DNA of 64,000 nucleotides from an uncultured Chloroflexia bacterium. GTDB lineage: Bacteria > Chloroflexota > Limnocylindria > Limnocylindrales > CSP1-4. The DNA lies in NCBI GenBank assembly GCA_963825995.1, contig CAWGVH010000006.1, positions 325,965 through 389,964 of the forward strand, given 5' to 3'. The notes beneath the pieces were generated by a model. That model ran no database searches. It was not told the origin of the DNA and worked only from the letters and a program-made list of their open reading frames with translations. A program made the position numbers and the translations under genes. This document shows positions 29,438-38,750 of this stretch, piece by piece (positions within the stretch are counted from its first letter, which is position 1; every line of letters begins with the position of its first letter).

Positions 29438-30952
29438 TCACCGTCCCACCCGCACCTTCAGCGTGGGCGAGGTGCTGGTCCGCAGGCCTTCAGCGGCCGG
29501 AGCCGGGAAGACGGCCTGGTACTCCCAGGTGGCCTGGGGCACGATGGCCAGGCTGTAGCCACCGTTGGTCAGGGGCTCCATGTAGAGCGTGGTCCAGGCA
29601 TCGCTGCTCCCGGCGCGGCGGTAGCGCAGCTTCACCGAGCGGCCGTTGAGGGCGTTGCCGGCGAGGCGCCCCACGGACGACAAGGGCGAGACCTTGAGGT
29701 CTGCGCGGAGACGGATGGTGGTGCCCGGAAGGACCGTCGTGCTGGCCGTCCCCAGAGTCAGGTCCGTGGCCACGTCATTGCAGGTGGAGACCGGCGAGGT
29801 ACTGCTGGGCAGGTCGTAGAGTTCCTGCAGGGTCGCGACGTCGCAGCGTCCGAAGGCGTGGCGAGTGCTTCCGGCGCTGGGTTTGGCTGGGGTGATGGCG
29901 TGCATGACCGTCTCATTGGCTTCCAGGTTGAAGCCTTCACGCGAGGGATGGTCAAGCCCGTCGATGTGACCGAGCTCGTGGATGAGCACCCGGCGCAGAT
30001 CGAAGCATCCGGCCGCGTCCTCCTTCTGGCACCAGCGCAGCGTCCCCCAGCTGAAGCCCGTGCCGTGCGGACGCAGCCACACGAGCCACGAGACGGGCAT
30101 GTTGCGGGAGGCACAGGCGATGCCGTAGCGGCAGAAGTCCGGGAATGAGGGGGTGTAGCGCACGGTGTCCGCCGCACCGCTCCGATGGACGAAGCGCGGG
30201 CTGCGTGACAAGGTCGTGTCCGAGGCATCCGCTGCCCCGCTGGTGATGGGGGTCTTGGCCCATTCAGGCGGCATAGCCCCGGCCAGCCAAGAGAAGGGCA
30301 GGACCGTGTCCTTCGGCCAGGCCCCCGCCGGGAAGGCGGGCACAGGGCGCGGAGCCCCGGCCGGCACGAAGTCGGCGGGCGTCAGCTCCCCGTCGTTGGG
30401 CTGGCAGGAGGTGTTGCACTGCCCATCGATCATGGCCACCGTGGCACCGCCTTCCGCCTCGAGAACGAGATTCCCCAGGAGCTTGCGTGTTGCGGGGTCG
30501 TGGATGGCGAGCAGCAGCTCACCCGGGTCGGTGGCCGAGTCGGTCTCGAACGCGAGACCGTCGAACGTGCGCTCCCAAAGCCGACAGGCACGACCGGTGT
30601 CCAGCATCGTCACCGAGGTGCTCTCCGCTGACCGCTCTCCGACCAGGAGGCGAGCGCCCGACACCGGCACCGAGAAGCCCTCGCGCCCGGCACGTAGGGT
30701 GAGATCGACTCCCCCGCGGCGCAGGACCAGGCGATGCCCAGCCACGACGCCGTTTGCGTCAAGCACGGTCTGCCAGGGCGTCACCACCTCGGCATCCGCA
30801 GGACCGTCCGTGCCTCCTGTCGAACAGTCCGGGACCGCGACCGCCCATGGCGGAGCCGCGAGGGTGGCGGCTGGCAGCAACGCCAGCAGCAGGGTGGCCG
30901 CCAGGGCGGCACGGGCCGCGCGACGGTCTCGTTCATGGGTGCGTCCTTCCAT
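29438..30952 (-). CDS. secreted metzincin zinc metalloprotease (matrixin/M10-like)
   Basis: Signal peptide RAARAALAATLLLALLPAATLAAP. Zinc site VLIHELGHIDGLDHPS (HExxHxxGxxH). 504 aa. Confidence 0.7.
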   Translation of the reverse strand: MEGRTHERDRRAARAALAATLLLALLPAATLAAPPWAVAVPDCSTGGTDGPADAEVVTPWQTVLDANGVVAGHRLVLRRGGVDLTLRAGREGFSVPVSGARLLVGERSAESTSVTMLDTGRACRLWERTFDGLAFETDSATDPGELLLAIHDPATRKLLGNLVLEAEGGATVAMIDGQCNTSCQPNDGELTPADFVPAGAPRPVPAFPAGAWPKDTVLPFSWLAGAMPPEWAKTPITSGAADASDTTLSRSPRFVHRSGAADTVRYTPSFPDFCRYGIACASRNMPVSWLVWLRPHGTGFSWGTLRWCQKEDAAGCFDLRRVLIHELGHIDGLDHPSREGFNLEANETVMHAITPAKPSAGSTRHAFGRCDVATLQELYDLPSSTSPVSTCNDVATDLTLGTASTTVLPGTTIRLRADLKVSPLSSVGRLAGNALNGRSVKLRYRRAGSSDAWTTLYMEPLTNGGYSLAIVPQATWEYQAVFPAPAAEGLRTSTSPTLKVRVGR

Positions 30953-31077
30953 CAGGGACCTTCCTCCGGCGGGTTGAACCGGCGGTGGAGGCGGTAGCGC
31001 GCAGTATCGGGAGGGCCGCTTACGCGTTCCTTATCGACGGTGGACGACGCCTCGGTGCACCCCGGCGCACCGAGGCA

Positions 31078-31245
31078 CTCCGGGGCGCGCTAGACTCACG
31101 GAGACAACAGCAGAGCAAGAACCTGCGGCACGCGAAGCCGGTGAGAGTCCGGCACAGTCCCGCTACGGTGAACAGCGCCCCGCGCTGCAAGTCCGGTCGC
31201 CGTGTCCAGGTTCGTGCACCAGCCCTTCGTGAGAAAGGGGACGGC
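31078..31245 (+). promoter_or_regulatory. cobalamin (AdoCbl) riboswitch preceded by a TAGACT -10-like element
   Basis: GCCGGTGAGAGTCCGGCACAGTCCCGCTACGGTGA matches the conserved GGTG..AATCC..GGTCCCGCCACTGTGA core (B12 box variant). Lies directly upstream of the BtuF-like binding-protein gene. Confidence 0.6.
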
Positions 31246-31247
31246 AC

Positions 31248-32252
31248 ATGGACGCACGCATCATCGATGGAGCCCTCGGCGCGCGAACCGGCCGGGGGCT
31301 TCGGCTTGTCCTGACCACGAGCCTTGCGGCCGCCCTCGGCCTCGCCGCATTGCACGGCGCGGCTGTCCGGGCCGAGGTCGTGGCCTTCCCGTTGACCGTC
31401 GTCGACGATGAGGGCACGGAGGTCACGATCGACGCCCCACCCGAGCGCATCATCAGCCTCTCGCCTGCCAACACGGAGATCGTCTTCGCCCTTGGCGCCG
31501 GCGACCGCCTCGTCGGTGGGACAGCCTTCGACGACTTCCCAGCGGAGGCCATCGAACTGCCCGACGTGGCCACCTACCAGGGCGTCGTCACCGAGCAGGT
31601 GGTAGGCCTGGAGCCAGATCTCGTGCTAGCCGCCGGCAACTACTTCACGCCGCCCGACGACGTCTCCCGCCTGCGCGAGCTCGGCTTCCCGGTCATCGTC
31701 GTCTACGCCCCCGATGTCCCCGCAGTGCTCGCCGACATCGAGCTCATCGGCGCGGCCATCGGGGCGCGCGACGAGGCCGCGGCGATGACCGCGCAGATGT
31801 CGCAGCAGCTGGACGCGGTGGCTGCGGCTGCCGCGGCCACGGGCAGCACGCCGCGCACCTTCTACGAGATCGGCTCCGAGCCGGAGATCTACGCCCCAGC
31901 TCCGGAATCGTTCGTGGCCGACATGGTGGCCCTGGCTGGCGGCGACCCCATCACCACGAGCGACCCGGTCGTCTTCTCGATCCCCCTCGAGGAGCTCGTC
32001 GTGGCCGACCCCGAGGTCATCGTCGTGGGCGACGCGAACTACGGCGTCTGCCCGGCGGACGTGGCTGCCCGGCCCGGCTGGGGTGACATCACGGCCGTCC
32101 TCAACGGGGACATCCGGCCGGTGGATGACGTGCCCGTGACGCGGCCCGGCCCCCGTCTGGCGCAGGGACTGGTCTCGCTGGCACGGGCCATCCATCCCGA
32201 GATCGAGCTGCCGGGCTTCCCCGCCGAGCTCGCACTCTGCCCGGCCGGCTGA
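31248..32252 (+). CDS. ABC transporter substrate-binding protein, cobalamin/siderophore (BtuF/FecB) type
   Basis: Signal/TM segment LVLTTSLAAALGLAAL. Periplasmic-binding-protein-2 fold resemblance. Riboswitch context. Confidence 0.7.
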   Translation: MDARIIDGALGARTGRGLRLVLTTSLAAALGLAALHGAAVRAEVVAFPLTVVDDEGTEVTIDAPPERIISLSPANTEIVFALGAGDRLVGGTAFDDFPAEAIELPDVATYQGVVTEQVVGLEPDLVLAAGNYFTPPDDVSRLRELGFPVIVVYAPDVPAVLADIELIGAAIGARDEAAAMTAQMSQQLDAVAAAAAATGSTPRTFYEIGSEPEIYAPAPESFVADMVALAGGDPITTSDPVVFSIPLEELVVADPEVIVVGDANYGVCPADVAARPGWGDITAVLNGDIRPVDDVPVTRPGPRLAQGLVSLARAIHPEIELPGFPAELALCPAG

Positions 32253-32255
32253 GCC

Positions 32256-33338
32256 ATGACGACCCCCGAGCTGGTGCGCGGCCGTGCCGTCGCCCAGCAC
32301 GGCCGGATCGAAGCGCTGCGCCGTCGCCCGGTGGTGCTGGGCCTGGTCGGCCTGGTCGTGCTGGGAGTGGCGGTCGTGGCGGGCATCGCCCTGGGCACCG
32401 TGTCCGTCTCGCCCGCGGATACCGCCGCCATCATGGCCCGGGATCTGCTTGGCTGGCCCGTGGCCGAGACCTGGCCGAAGTCGACCGAGACCATCGTCAT
32501 GGAGCTGCGTCTGCCCCGCGTGCTCACGGCCCTGGTCGTCGGCCTCGGCCTGGCCGTGGCCGGGGTCACCTTCCAGGGCCTGCTGCGCAATCCTCTCGCC
32601 GACCCGTACGTGCTGGGCACAGCCAGTGGCGCTGCGCTCGGAGCGGCCATCGGCGTGCTCATCCCCGTGCAGATCGCGGTGCTGGGCCTGGGCCTCGTCA
32701 ATATCCTGGCCTTCGTGGGTGCCCTCTTGGCGGTGCTCGTCGTCCACCAAGTCGCCGGGGGCGGCGGCCGCGCCACGCTCACCACGCTACTGCTGACGGG
32801 CTATGCGGTGGGCTCCATGCTGGCGGCCGGCCTGGCCATGTCGATGTACCTCGCCGGATCCCAACTGCGCCAGATCTTCTTCTACCTACTCGGCAGCCTC
32901 TCCGGCGCCGACTGGCAGAGCCTCTTCATCGGCCTGCCCGTCATCGTGGTGGGGACGCTCCTCATCATGGCTCGCGCACGCTCGATGAATGGTCTCCTGC
33001 TGGGTGACGACACGGCGCAGCATCTCGGCGTGGACGTGCGGCGCGAGCGAGCCATCCTGCTGGGCCTGGCGTCGCTGGTCACGGCGGCGGCGGTGGCCCT
33101 GGCTGGTCTGATCGGCTTCGTGGGCCTTGTCGTTCCCCACGTGGTGCGGTTGCTGGTGGGTCCCAACGCCCGGCTCGTGCTGCCCCTCTCGGCCATCTTC
33201 GGAGGAGCCTTCCTCATCCTGGCCGACCTCGGCGCGCGCATCCTCGGCGAGCTGCCGGTGGGCATCGTGACGGCGGTCATCGGAGCGCCCGTCTTCGTCC
33301 TCCTCCTGCGCCGCTACCGGGCCGGGTACCAGCTGTGA
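32256..33338 (+). CDS. FecCD/BtuC-family ABC permease
   Basis: 360 aa. About 9-10 TM helices. FecCD-like conserved Gly-rich segments. Confidence 0.8.
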   Translation: MTTPELVRGRAVAQHGRIEALRRRPVVLGLVGLVVLGVAVVAGIALGTVSVSPADTAAIMARDLLGWPVAETWPKSTETIVMELRLPRVLTALVVGLGLAVAGVTFQGLLRNPLADPYVLGTASGAALGAAIGVLIPVQIAVLGLGLVNILAFVGALLAVLVVHQVAGGGGRATLTTLLLTGYAVGSMLAAGLAMSMYLAGSQLRQIFFYLLGSLSGADWQSLFIGLPVIVVGTLLIMARARSMNGLLLGDDTAQHLGVDVRRERAILLGLASLVTAAAVALAGLIGFVGLVVPHVVRLLVGPNARLVLPLSAIFGGAFLILADLGARILGELPVGIVTAVIGAPVFVLLLRRYRAGYQL

Positions 33339-34090
33339 GCCTGCCGGGCGTCAGCATCGACATCCGGGACGTCGGCCTGCGCTACGGGCGTCGCGACGTC
33401 TTGTCCGACATCGGCCTGCACGTCGAGCCTGGCGAGAGCGTCTGCCTCGTGGGACCCAACGGCGCCGGCAAGTCGAGCCTGTTGCGCTGCCTGACCGGGA
33501 TCGTGGTGCCCACGCGCGGGAGCATCGCGCTCGACGGCGTCCCGCTCCGGGACATCCAGCGCGGGGCACTGGCACGCATCATCTCCGTCGTGCCCAGCGG
33601 GGTGGAACTGCCCTTCGCCATGCGTGTCGAGGAGGTCGTACGGCTCGGTCGCATCCCCCACGAGAATCCCTTCACGGGTGCCAGCCGATTCGATCACGTG
33701 GCCGCCGATGCGGCCATGACGCGGGTCGGCATCGAGCACCTTCGCGAGCGAGATGTCCGGGAGCTCTCGATGGGCGAGCGACAGCTCGTGTTGGTGGCCA
33801 TGGCGGTGGCCCAGGGCGGCCGCCTCATCGTCCTGGACGAGCCCACCGTGCACCTGGACCTGCGGCACCAGGTGGAGGTGCTGTCGCTCCTGGCGCGCCT
33901 GTCTGCAGACGGGTTGACCGTGCTGGCCGTGCTCCACGACCTGAGCCTGGCGGCGCAGTTCTTCCCGCGCCTGCTGCTGCTGGACGGCGGCCGCCTGGTG
34001 GCCGATGGCAGCCCCCGGGAGGTCCTGACGCCGGCACGCATCCGCGAGGTCTACGCGGTCGACCCGCGCTTCGTGCCGGCCCTGGCCTGA
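33335..34090 (+). CDS. ABC transporter ATP-binding protein (BtuD/FecE-like)
   Basis: Walker A GPNGAGKSSLL, signature MGERQLV, Walker B LIVLDEPT. GTGA overlap with the permease gene. Confidence 0.85.
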   Translation: MSLPGVSIDIRDVGLRYGRRDVLSDIGLHVEPGESVCLVGPNGAGKSSLLRCLTGIVVPTRGSIALDGVPLRDIQRGALARIISVVPSGVELPFAMRVEEVVRLGRIPHENPFTGASRFDHVAADAAMTRVGIEHLRERDVRELSMGERQLVLVAMAVAQGGRLIVLDEPTVHLDLRHQVEVLSLLARLSADGLTVLAVLHDLSLAAQFFPRLLLLDGGRLVADGSPREVLTPARIREVYAVDPRFVPALA

Positions 34091-34177
34091 AGGGGAACGC
34101 CGTAGTCCCAGCGCCGGCACACCACGCGCTGCATCCGACGCCGAGTCCGGATCGCCGAGCCCGGCGCGGTCAGAGGG

Positions 34178-35377
34178 CTACTCGCGCTTGCGGGGCGGAT
34201 CGAAGAAGGGCAGGGCTACCACGACGGCCCCGAGACGGCCACGCTCGCCCTCGACCGTCCACTCCACCTGGAGCGCCGTGCCGGGCTCGGCGAAGTGTGC
34301 AGCCACCGTGCCGAGGGCCAGGTTGCGCTTGAGGAGAGGGCTCCAGGTCCCGCTCGTGGCACGGCCGACCTGCACGCCGGCGGCGTAGACGGGGATGGCG
34401 TCCCGCCAGGCCTGCGCCGCGAGGGAAGGGGCGAGGCCGTGAGCGGCGTGCAGGCGCTCGAGGTCCGACCAGTCGATGTCGAGGCCCACCAGTCGGCGCG
34501 GCGGGCCGCCTCGCTCGTGCTCACGCCGCAGGGCCGACCGACCCACGAAGGGCACCTCCTTGTCGAGGGCCACGAGACGCCCGAGCCCGAGCTCGAAGGG
34601 CGACCACGTCTGGTCCAGCGTCTGGGCATGCCAGGCCGAGGTGTAGTCGACCTCAGCCATGATGAGTCCCGCTTCGACGCGCGCCACGTCGAGTGCCAGG
34701 ATGCCGGCCGGGCGCAGACCATACGCCGCGCCCGCCTCGAAGAGGGCGTCCCAAAGCGCGACCGCCTGGCCCGCGCTCACCCATAGCTCGTAGCCGAGGT
34801 CGCCCGTGTAGCCGGTCCGGCTGACGTCCAGGTCGATGGTTCCGATGCGCAGCCCGCGCCGTCCGTAGTAGGGCAGGTCCGCCAGCGAGGCTTGGGCGGC
34901 GGCCTCGAGCAGCGCGCGCGACAGCGGGCCCTGCAACGCCAGGGCAGCCAGGTCATCGGTATGATCCTCGATGTGGACGTCCAGGCCACGGGCGTTGAGG
35001 CGCAGCCAGCGCAGCTGGCCCTCAGCCGCGGTCCAGCGCCACGATCCGTCGTCGAGGTGGTGAAGTGTGCCGTCGTCGATGACGCGGCCCTCGCCGTCGC
35101 ACCAGGGCGCATAGATCACGTGACCCGGTCGCACCAGCGAGGCCTCGCGGGTGATGACCCGATCCACGAGCCGCGTGGCATCGGGGCCGCTCACGTGGTA
35201 CTTGAAGAGGGGTGAGACGTCGATGGCCGCGGCCGCGTTGCGGATGGCGTTGACCTCGATGTCGATGTGCGGGGCATACGCGCTCGCGGCGAAGCGGCCC
35301 GCCCAGGTGCGCCACTGGCGCCGCACGTTCAGGGGGCCGGTGCGCGCTTCGAAGGGCGACCCGAGGTCCACGCTCAT
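34178..35377 (-). CDS. GcvT-family aminomethyltransferase-like (folate-binding) protein
   Basis: 399 aa, glycine-cleavage T-protein fold resemblance throughout. An apparently leaderless ATG lies about 6 nt from a TAGGAT element. Confidence 0.7.
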   Translation of the reverse strand: MSVDLGSPFEARTGPLNVRRQWRTWAGRFAASAYAPHIDIEVNAIRNAAAAIDVSPLFKYHVSGPDATRLVDRVITREASLVRPGHVIYAPWCDGEGRVIDDGTLHHLDDGSWRWTAAEGQLRWLRLNARGLDVHIEDHTDDLAALALQGPLSRALLEAAAQASLADLPYYGRRGLRIGTIDLDVSRTGYTGDLGYELWVSAGQAVALWDALFEAGAAYGLRPAGILALDVARVEAGLIMAEVDYTSAWHAQTLDQTWSPFELGLGRLVALDKEVPFVGRSALRREHERGGPPRRLVGLDIDWSDLERLHAAHGLAPSLAAQAWRDAIPVYAAGVQVGRATSGTWSPLLKRNLALGTVAAHFAEPGTALQVEWTVEGERGRLGAVVVALPFFDPPRKRE

Positions 35378-35415
35378 GCCCGTATCCTAGAGTGGCGGCA
35401 GGCTAGAGTAACGGC
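35378..35415. promoter_or_regulatory. 38-bp divergent promoter: back-to-back overlapping -10 elements (ATCCTAGAGT ... TAGAGT) each about 6 nt from a start codon
   Basis: Read directly: gtATCCTAGAGTggcggcaggcTAGAGTaacggcGTG. Confidence 0.4.
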
Positions 35416-37008
35416 GTGCCCGGACGCTACGACGCGGTCGTCATCGGTGGCGGCCACAACGGCCTCATCAGCGCTGCCTATCTGGCCAAGGGAGGCCTGC
35501 GGACGCTGGTCCTCGAGCGCCGCGAGCTGCTCGGCGGTGCCACCCTGACCCAGGAGGTCTTCCCGGGCTTCCGCTTCAGCGTCGTCTCCTACGTGGTCAG
35601 CCTGCTGCGGCCGGAGATCATCCGCGACCTCGAGCTGCCGCGGCACGGGCTCCACATCCTGCCTCTCGACGGCACCTTCACGCCACTCGTGGGTGACCAC
35701 CTGTGGCGCACCGATGACCACGCGCATACCCTGCGTGAGCTGCGGCGCTGGTCCATCGGGGATGCCGAGGCCTACGCAGAGTACGGGCAGCTGATGGCAC
35801 GGATGGCTCGCTTCATCAAGCCCATCCTGGCCATGACGCCGCCCGACCCGCGGCGCCCCGACCCGCGCGACGCCCTGTCACTGGCGGGGCTGGCAAGGGA
35901 CTTCGCGGCGCTGCCCCGGCGCGAGCAGCTGACCTTCATCCAGCTCATGACGATGAGCTCGGCCGACTTCCTGGATCGCTGGTTCGAGACGGAGCCGCTG
36001 AAAGCCACCATGTCCGCCTCGGGCATCATCGGCACCTTCCTGGGCGTGCGCTCGCCCGGTACGGCTTACGTGCTCCTGCACCACTACATGGGCGAGATCG
36101 ACGGCGCCTTCCGGGCCTGGGGCATCCCCAAGGGCGGCACCGGGGCTGTGGCGGCCGCCATCGCCAGCGCGGCCCGCGCAGCAGGTGCTGAGATCCGCAC
36201 CTCCGCGCCGGTCGCCCAGGTCCGCGTCCGGGACGGCCGTGCCACGGGCGTCATGCTCGAAAGCGGAGAGGAGATCGAGGCCACCTCAGTGCTGGCGAGC
36301 ACGGACGCGCGGCGGACGTTCCTGGGCCTGCTGCCCGCGGGCACGCTCGAGCCGGCCTTCGAGGCCGAGGTGCGCCGCTTCCGCTTCCGCGGCTCATCGG
36401 GCAAGGTCAACCTGGCACTCGACGGCCTGCCCTCGTTCACCTCGCTGCCCGGACCCGGGGAGCACCTGCGCGGCGCCATCAGCTTCTCACCCTCGCTCGA
36501 GTACATGGAGCAGGCCTACGACGACGCCAAGTCAGGGCGCTTCAGCCGCCGGCCCTACGTGGACGTGGTCATCCCGACACTGGTCGACCCCACCATGGCG
36601 CCACCGGGCAAGCACGTCATGAGCTGCTTCGTGCAGTACGCGCCGTACCACCTTGCCGAGGGCACCTGGGACGAGCAGCGCGAAGCCTTCGGGGACACCG
36701 TGGTGGACGTCCTCGCCGAGCGGGCTCCGAACATCCGGGAGCTCATCCTTCATCGTCAGGTCGTCACGCCCCTCGACATGGAGCGCGACATCGGCCTCAC
36801 TGAGGGCCACATCTTCCAGGGCGAGCTCTCGCTCGAACAACTCTTCTTCAACCGACCGGTGCCCGGCTGGAGCCGCTTCCGCACCCCCGTGCGGGGCCTC
36901 TGGCTGGCCGGCTCTTCGGCGCATCCGGGCGGCGGCATCATGGGTGCCCCGGGTCGCCTTGCGGCACTGGCGGTGCTGGCCGAGTGGGGCAGGGGAGGCC
37001 GGAAGTGA
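35416..37008 (+). CDS. phytoene-desaturase-family NAD(P)/FAD-dependent oxidoreductase (CrtI-like, COG1233), paralog 1
   Basis: N-terminal dinucleotide-binding motif YDAVVIGGGHNGLISAAYLAKGG. 530 aa. Confidence 0.75.
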   Translation: MPGRYDAVVIGGGHNGLISAAYLAKGGLRTLVLERRELLGGATLTQEVFPGFRFSVVSYVVSLLRPEIIRDLELPRHGLHILPLDGTFTPLVGDHLWRTDDHAHTLRELRRWSIGDAEAYAEYGQLMARMARFIKPILAMTPPDPRRPDPRDALSLAGLARDFAALPRREQLTFIQLMTMSSADFLDRWFETEPLKATMSASGIIGTFLGVRSPGTAYVLLHHYMGEIDGAFRAWGIPKGGTGAVAAAIASAARAAGAEIRTSAPVAQVRVRDGRATGVMLESGEEIEATSVLASTDARRTFLGLLPAGTLEPAFEAEVRRFRFRGSSGKVNLALDGLPSFTSLPGPGEHLRGAISFSPSLEYMEQAYDDAKSGRFSRRPYVDVVIPTLVDPTMAPPGKHVMSCFVQYAPYHLAEGTWDEQREAFGDTVVDVLAERAPNIRELILHRQVVTPLDMERDIGLTEGHIFQGELSLEQLFFNRPVPGWSRFRTPVRGLWLAGSSAHPGGGIMGAPGRLAALAVLAEWGRGGRK

Positions 37009-38633
37009 GCGCCTCGGCGCGCTACGACGCCATCGTCGTCGGCGGCGGCCACAACGGGCTGGTGTGTGCCACCTACCTGGCGCGGGGCGGCCTGCGAACG
37101 CTGCTCCTCGAGCAGCGCGAGCGCGTCGGTGGCGCGCTGGTCACCTCGGAGATCGCGCCGCAGGCCCTGGTGCCGGGCGTGGCCCACACCGTGGGGCGTC
37201 TGGCGCCCGTGGTCGTCCGCGAGTTGGGCCTGCTCGGGCACGGTCTGCGGCTCGTGCAGCCCGCGGCACTGCTGACCTCCGTGAGCGGCGACGGTCCGGC
37301 TCTCACCCTGTGGTCGGAGGCCGAGCGAACAGCGGCCGGCCTTCGCTCGATCTCGAGACCGGACGCGGAGGCCTGGTCGGCATTCGACGCAGAGATCCGC
37401 GAGCTGGCCGGCATGCTCTGGCGGGTGCTGCTCATGACGCCCACGGATGTGCGCCGCGCTGACGCCGATGTGCTGTCGGCGGGCGTGCGCCTGGGCTGGC
37501 GCTACCGGCGCCTGGGGTCGGCTGCGGCGCGCGAGTTCACGCGCGTGCTGCCGCAATCGGTGGCCGACTTCCTCGACGACCGCCTGGCCTCCGACCCGCT
37601 CCGTGCGGCCATCGCCACCCGAGCCCTGCGGTACACGTCGATGGGGCCCCGGATGGCCGGCACCACCGCCGTGCTGCTCACCGACTCGGCCGGCAATGCC
37701 GGGGGCGCAGCGGGGGAGACGGTCTACGCGCGCGGCGGACCGGGTGCCCTGGCCGAGGTCCTCGCAGAGGCAGCCCGCGCGGCCGGCGTGTCGGTGCGCA
37801 CGGGAGCCCGCGTGGCTGCCATCCGCGATCGCGGCGACAGCGTGTGCGGCGTGGCGCTGGCGGCCGGCGAGGAGATCGCCGCACCCATCGTCGTCAGTGG
37901 CCTGCCGCCGCGGACGACGTTGGCCGGTCTCGTCGACCCCGAGACACTGGGGCCCGACCTGGGCTGGGAGGTGGACAACCTGCGCGACCGAGGCGTGACC
38001 GCCAAGGTCAACCTGGCCCTCGCCGGGTTGCCTGCATTCGGGGGCCTGGTTGGCGAGGACGCCGCCCTCCGCCTTCGCGGCCGCATCGTCGTGGCGCCGT
38101 CCATGGGCCACCTCGAGCGGGCCGCCGATGCGGCCAAGTACGGGCGCCCCAGCGAGGTCCCCTGGCTGGAGGCCACCATCCCCAGCCTCGTGGACCCGCT
38201 CCTCGTGGATGGCGCCCAGGCCGCGGGGGTGCGACATGTCATGAGCATCCTGGTGCAGTCGGTGCCCCACGGACTCCGGGACGGCGACTGGGACAGCCAA
38301 CGCGAAGCGCTCGGCGACCTGGCCGTGCGCACCCTGGAGTCCGCGGCCCCCGGCGTCGGCAGTCTGGTGGTCGCCCGGCAGGTGCTCACCCCGCTGGACC
38401 TGGAGCGCGACTACGGCCTTGCCGGAGGCCACCCGCTGCACCTCGAGCCGGGCCTCGACCAGTGGTTCGCCTGGCGGCCGCTTTGGGGCTTCGCGCGCTA
38501 CCGGATGCCGGTCGCCGGGCTCTACCTCTGTGGTGCCGGCGCACATCCCGGCGGCGGTGTCACCGGGCTGCCGGGCCGGGGTGCCGCCCGTGCGGTGCTG
38601 TCGGACAAGCGGCGCGGCAAGCCGAAGGGTTAG
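37005..38633 (+). CDS. phytoene-desaturase-family NAD(P)/FAD-dependent oxidoreductase, paralog 2
   Basis: YDAIVVGGGHNGLVCATYLARGG. GTG at residue 8 of ORF 36984..38633 overlaps the paralog 1 stop (GTGA). Confidence 0.75.
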   Translation: MSASARYDAIVVGGGHNGLVCATYLARGGLRTLLLEQRERVGGALVTSEIAPQALVPGVAHTVGRLAPVVVRELGLLGHGLRLVQPAALLTSVSGDGPALTLWSEAERTAAGLRSISRPDAEAWSAFDAEIRELAGMLWRVLLMTPTDVRRADADVLSAGVRLGWRYRRLGSAAAREFTRVLPQSVADFLDDRLASDPLRAAIATRALRYTSMGPRMAGTTAVLLTDSAGNAGGAAGETVYARGGPGALAEVLAEAARAAGVSVRTGARVAAIRDRGDSVCGVALAAGEEIAAPIVVSGLPPRTTLAGLVDPETLGPDLGWEVDNLRDRGVTAKVNLALAGLPAFGGLVGEDAALRLRGRIVVAPSMGHLERAADAAKYGRPSEVPWLEATIPSLVDPLLVDGAQAAGVRHVMSILVQSVPHGLRDGDWDSQREALGDLAVRTLESAAPGVGSLVVARQVLTPLDLERDYGLAGGHPLHLEPGLDQWFAWRPLWGFARYRMPVAGLYLCGAGAHPGGGVTGLPGRGAARAVLSDKRRGKPKG

Positions 38634-38750
38634 ACGGAAGGTCCGCGCCCTGCGCGCTGGCCGTCCTCGTGGCCGCCAGCGACCAGCCTGTGCCCGCAGC
38701 CCTCTCTTGGTGCCGAGTCCCCCGTGATGGGCTGACGCTGACCGCCTGGA

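Noticed and set aside
38634-38750. tRNA, small RNA or terminator in the 117-bp gap between CrtI-like 2 and surE
   Set aside because: No tRNA-like GTTC/T-arm or cloverleaf. No convincing hairpin-U terminator.
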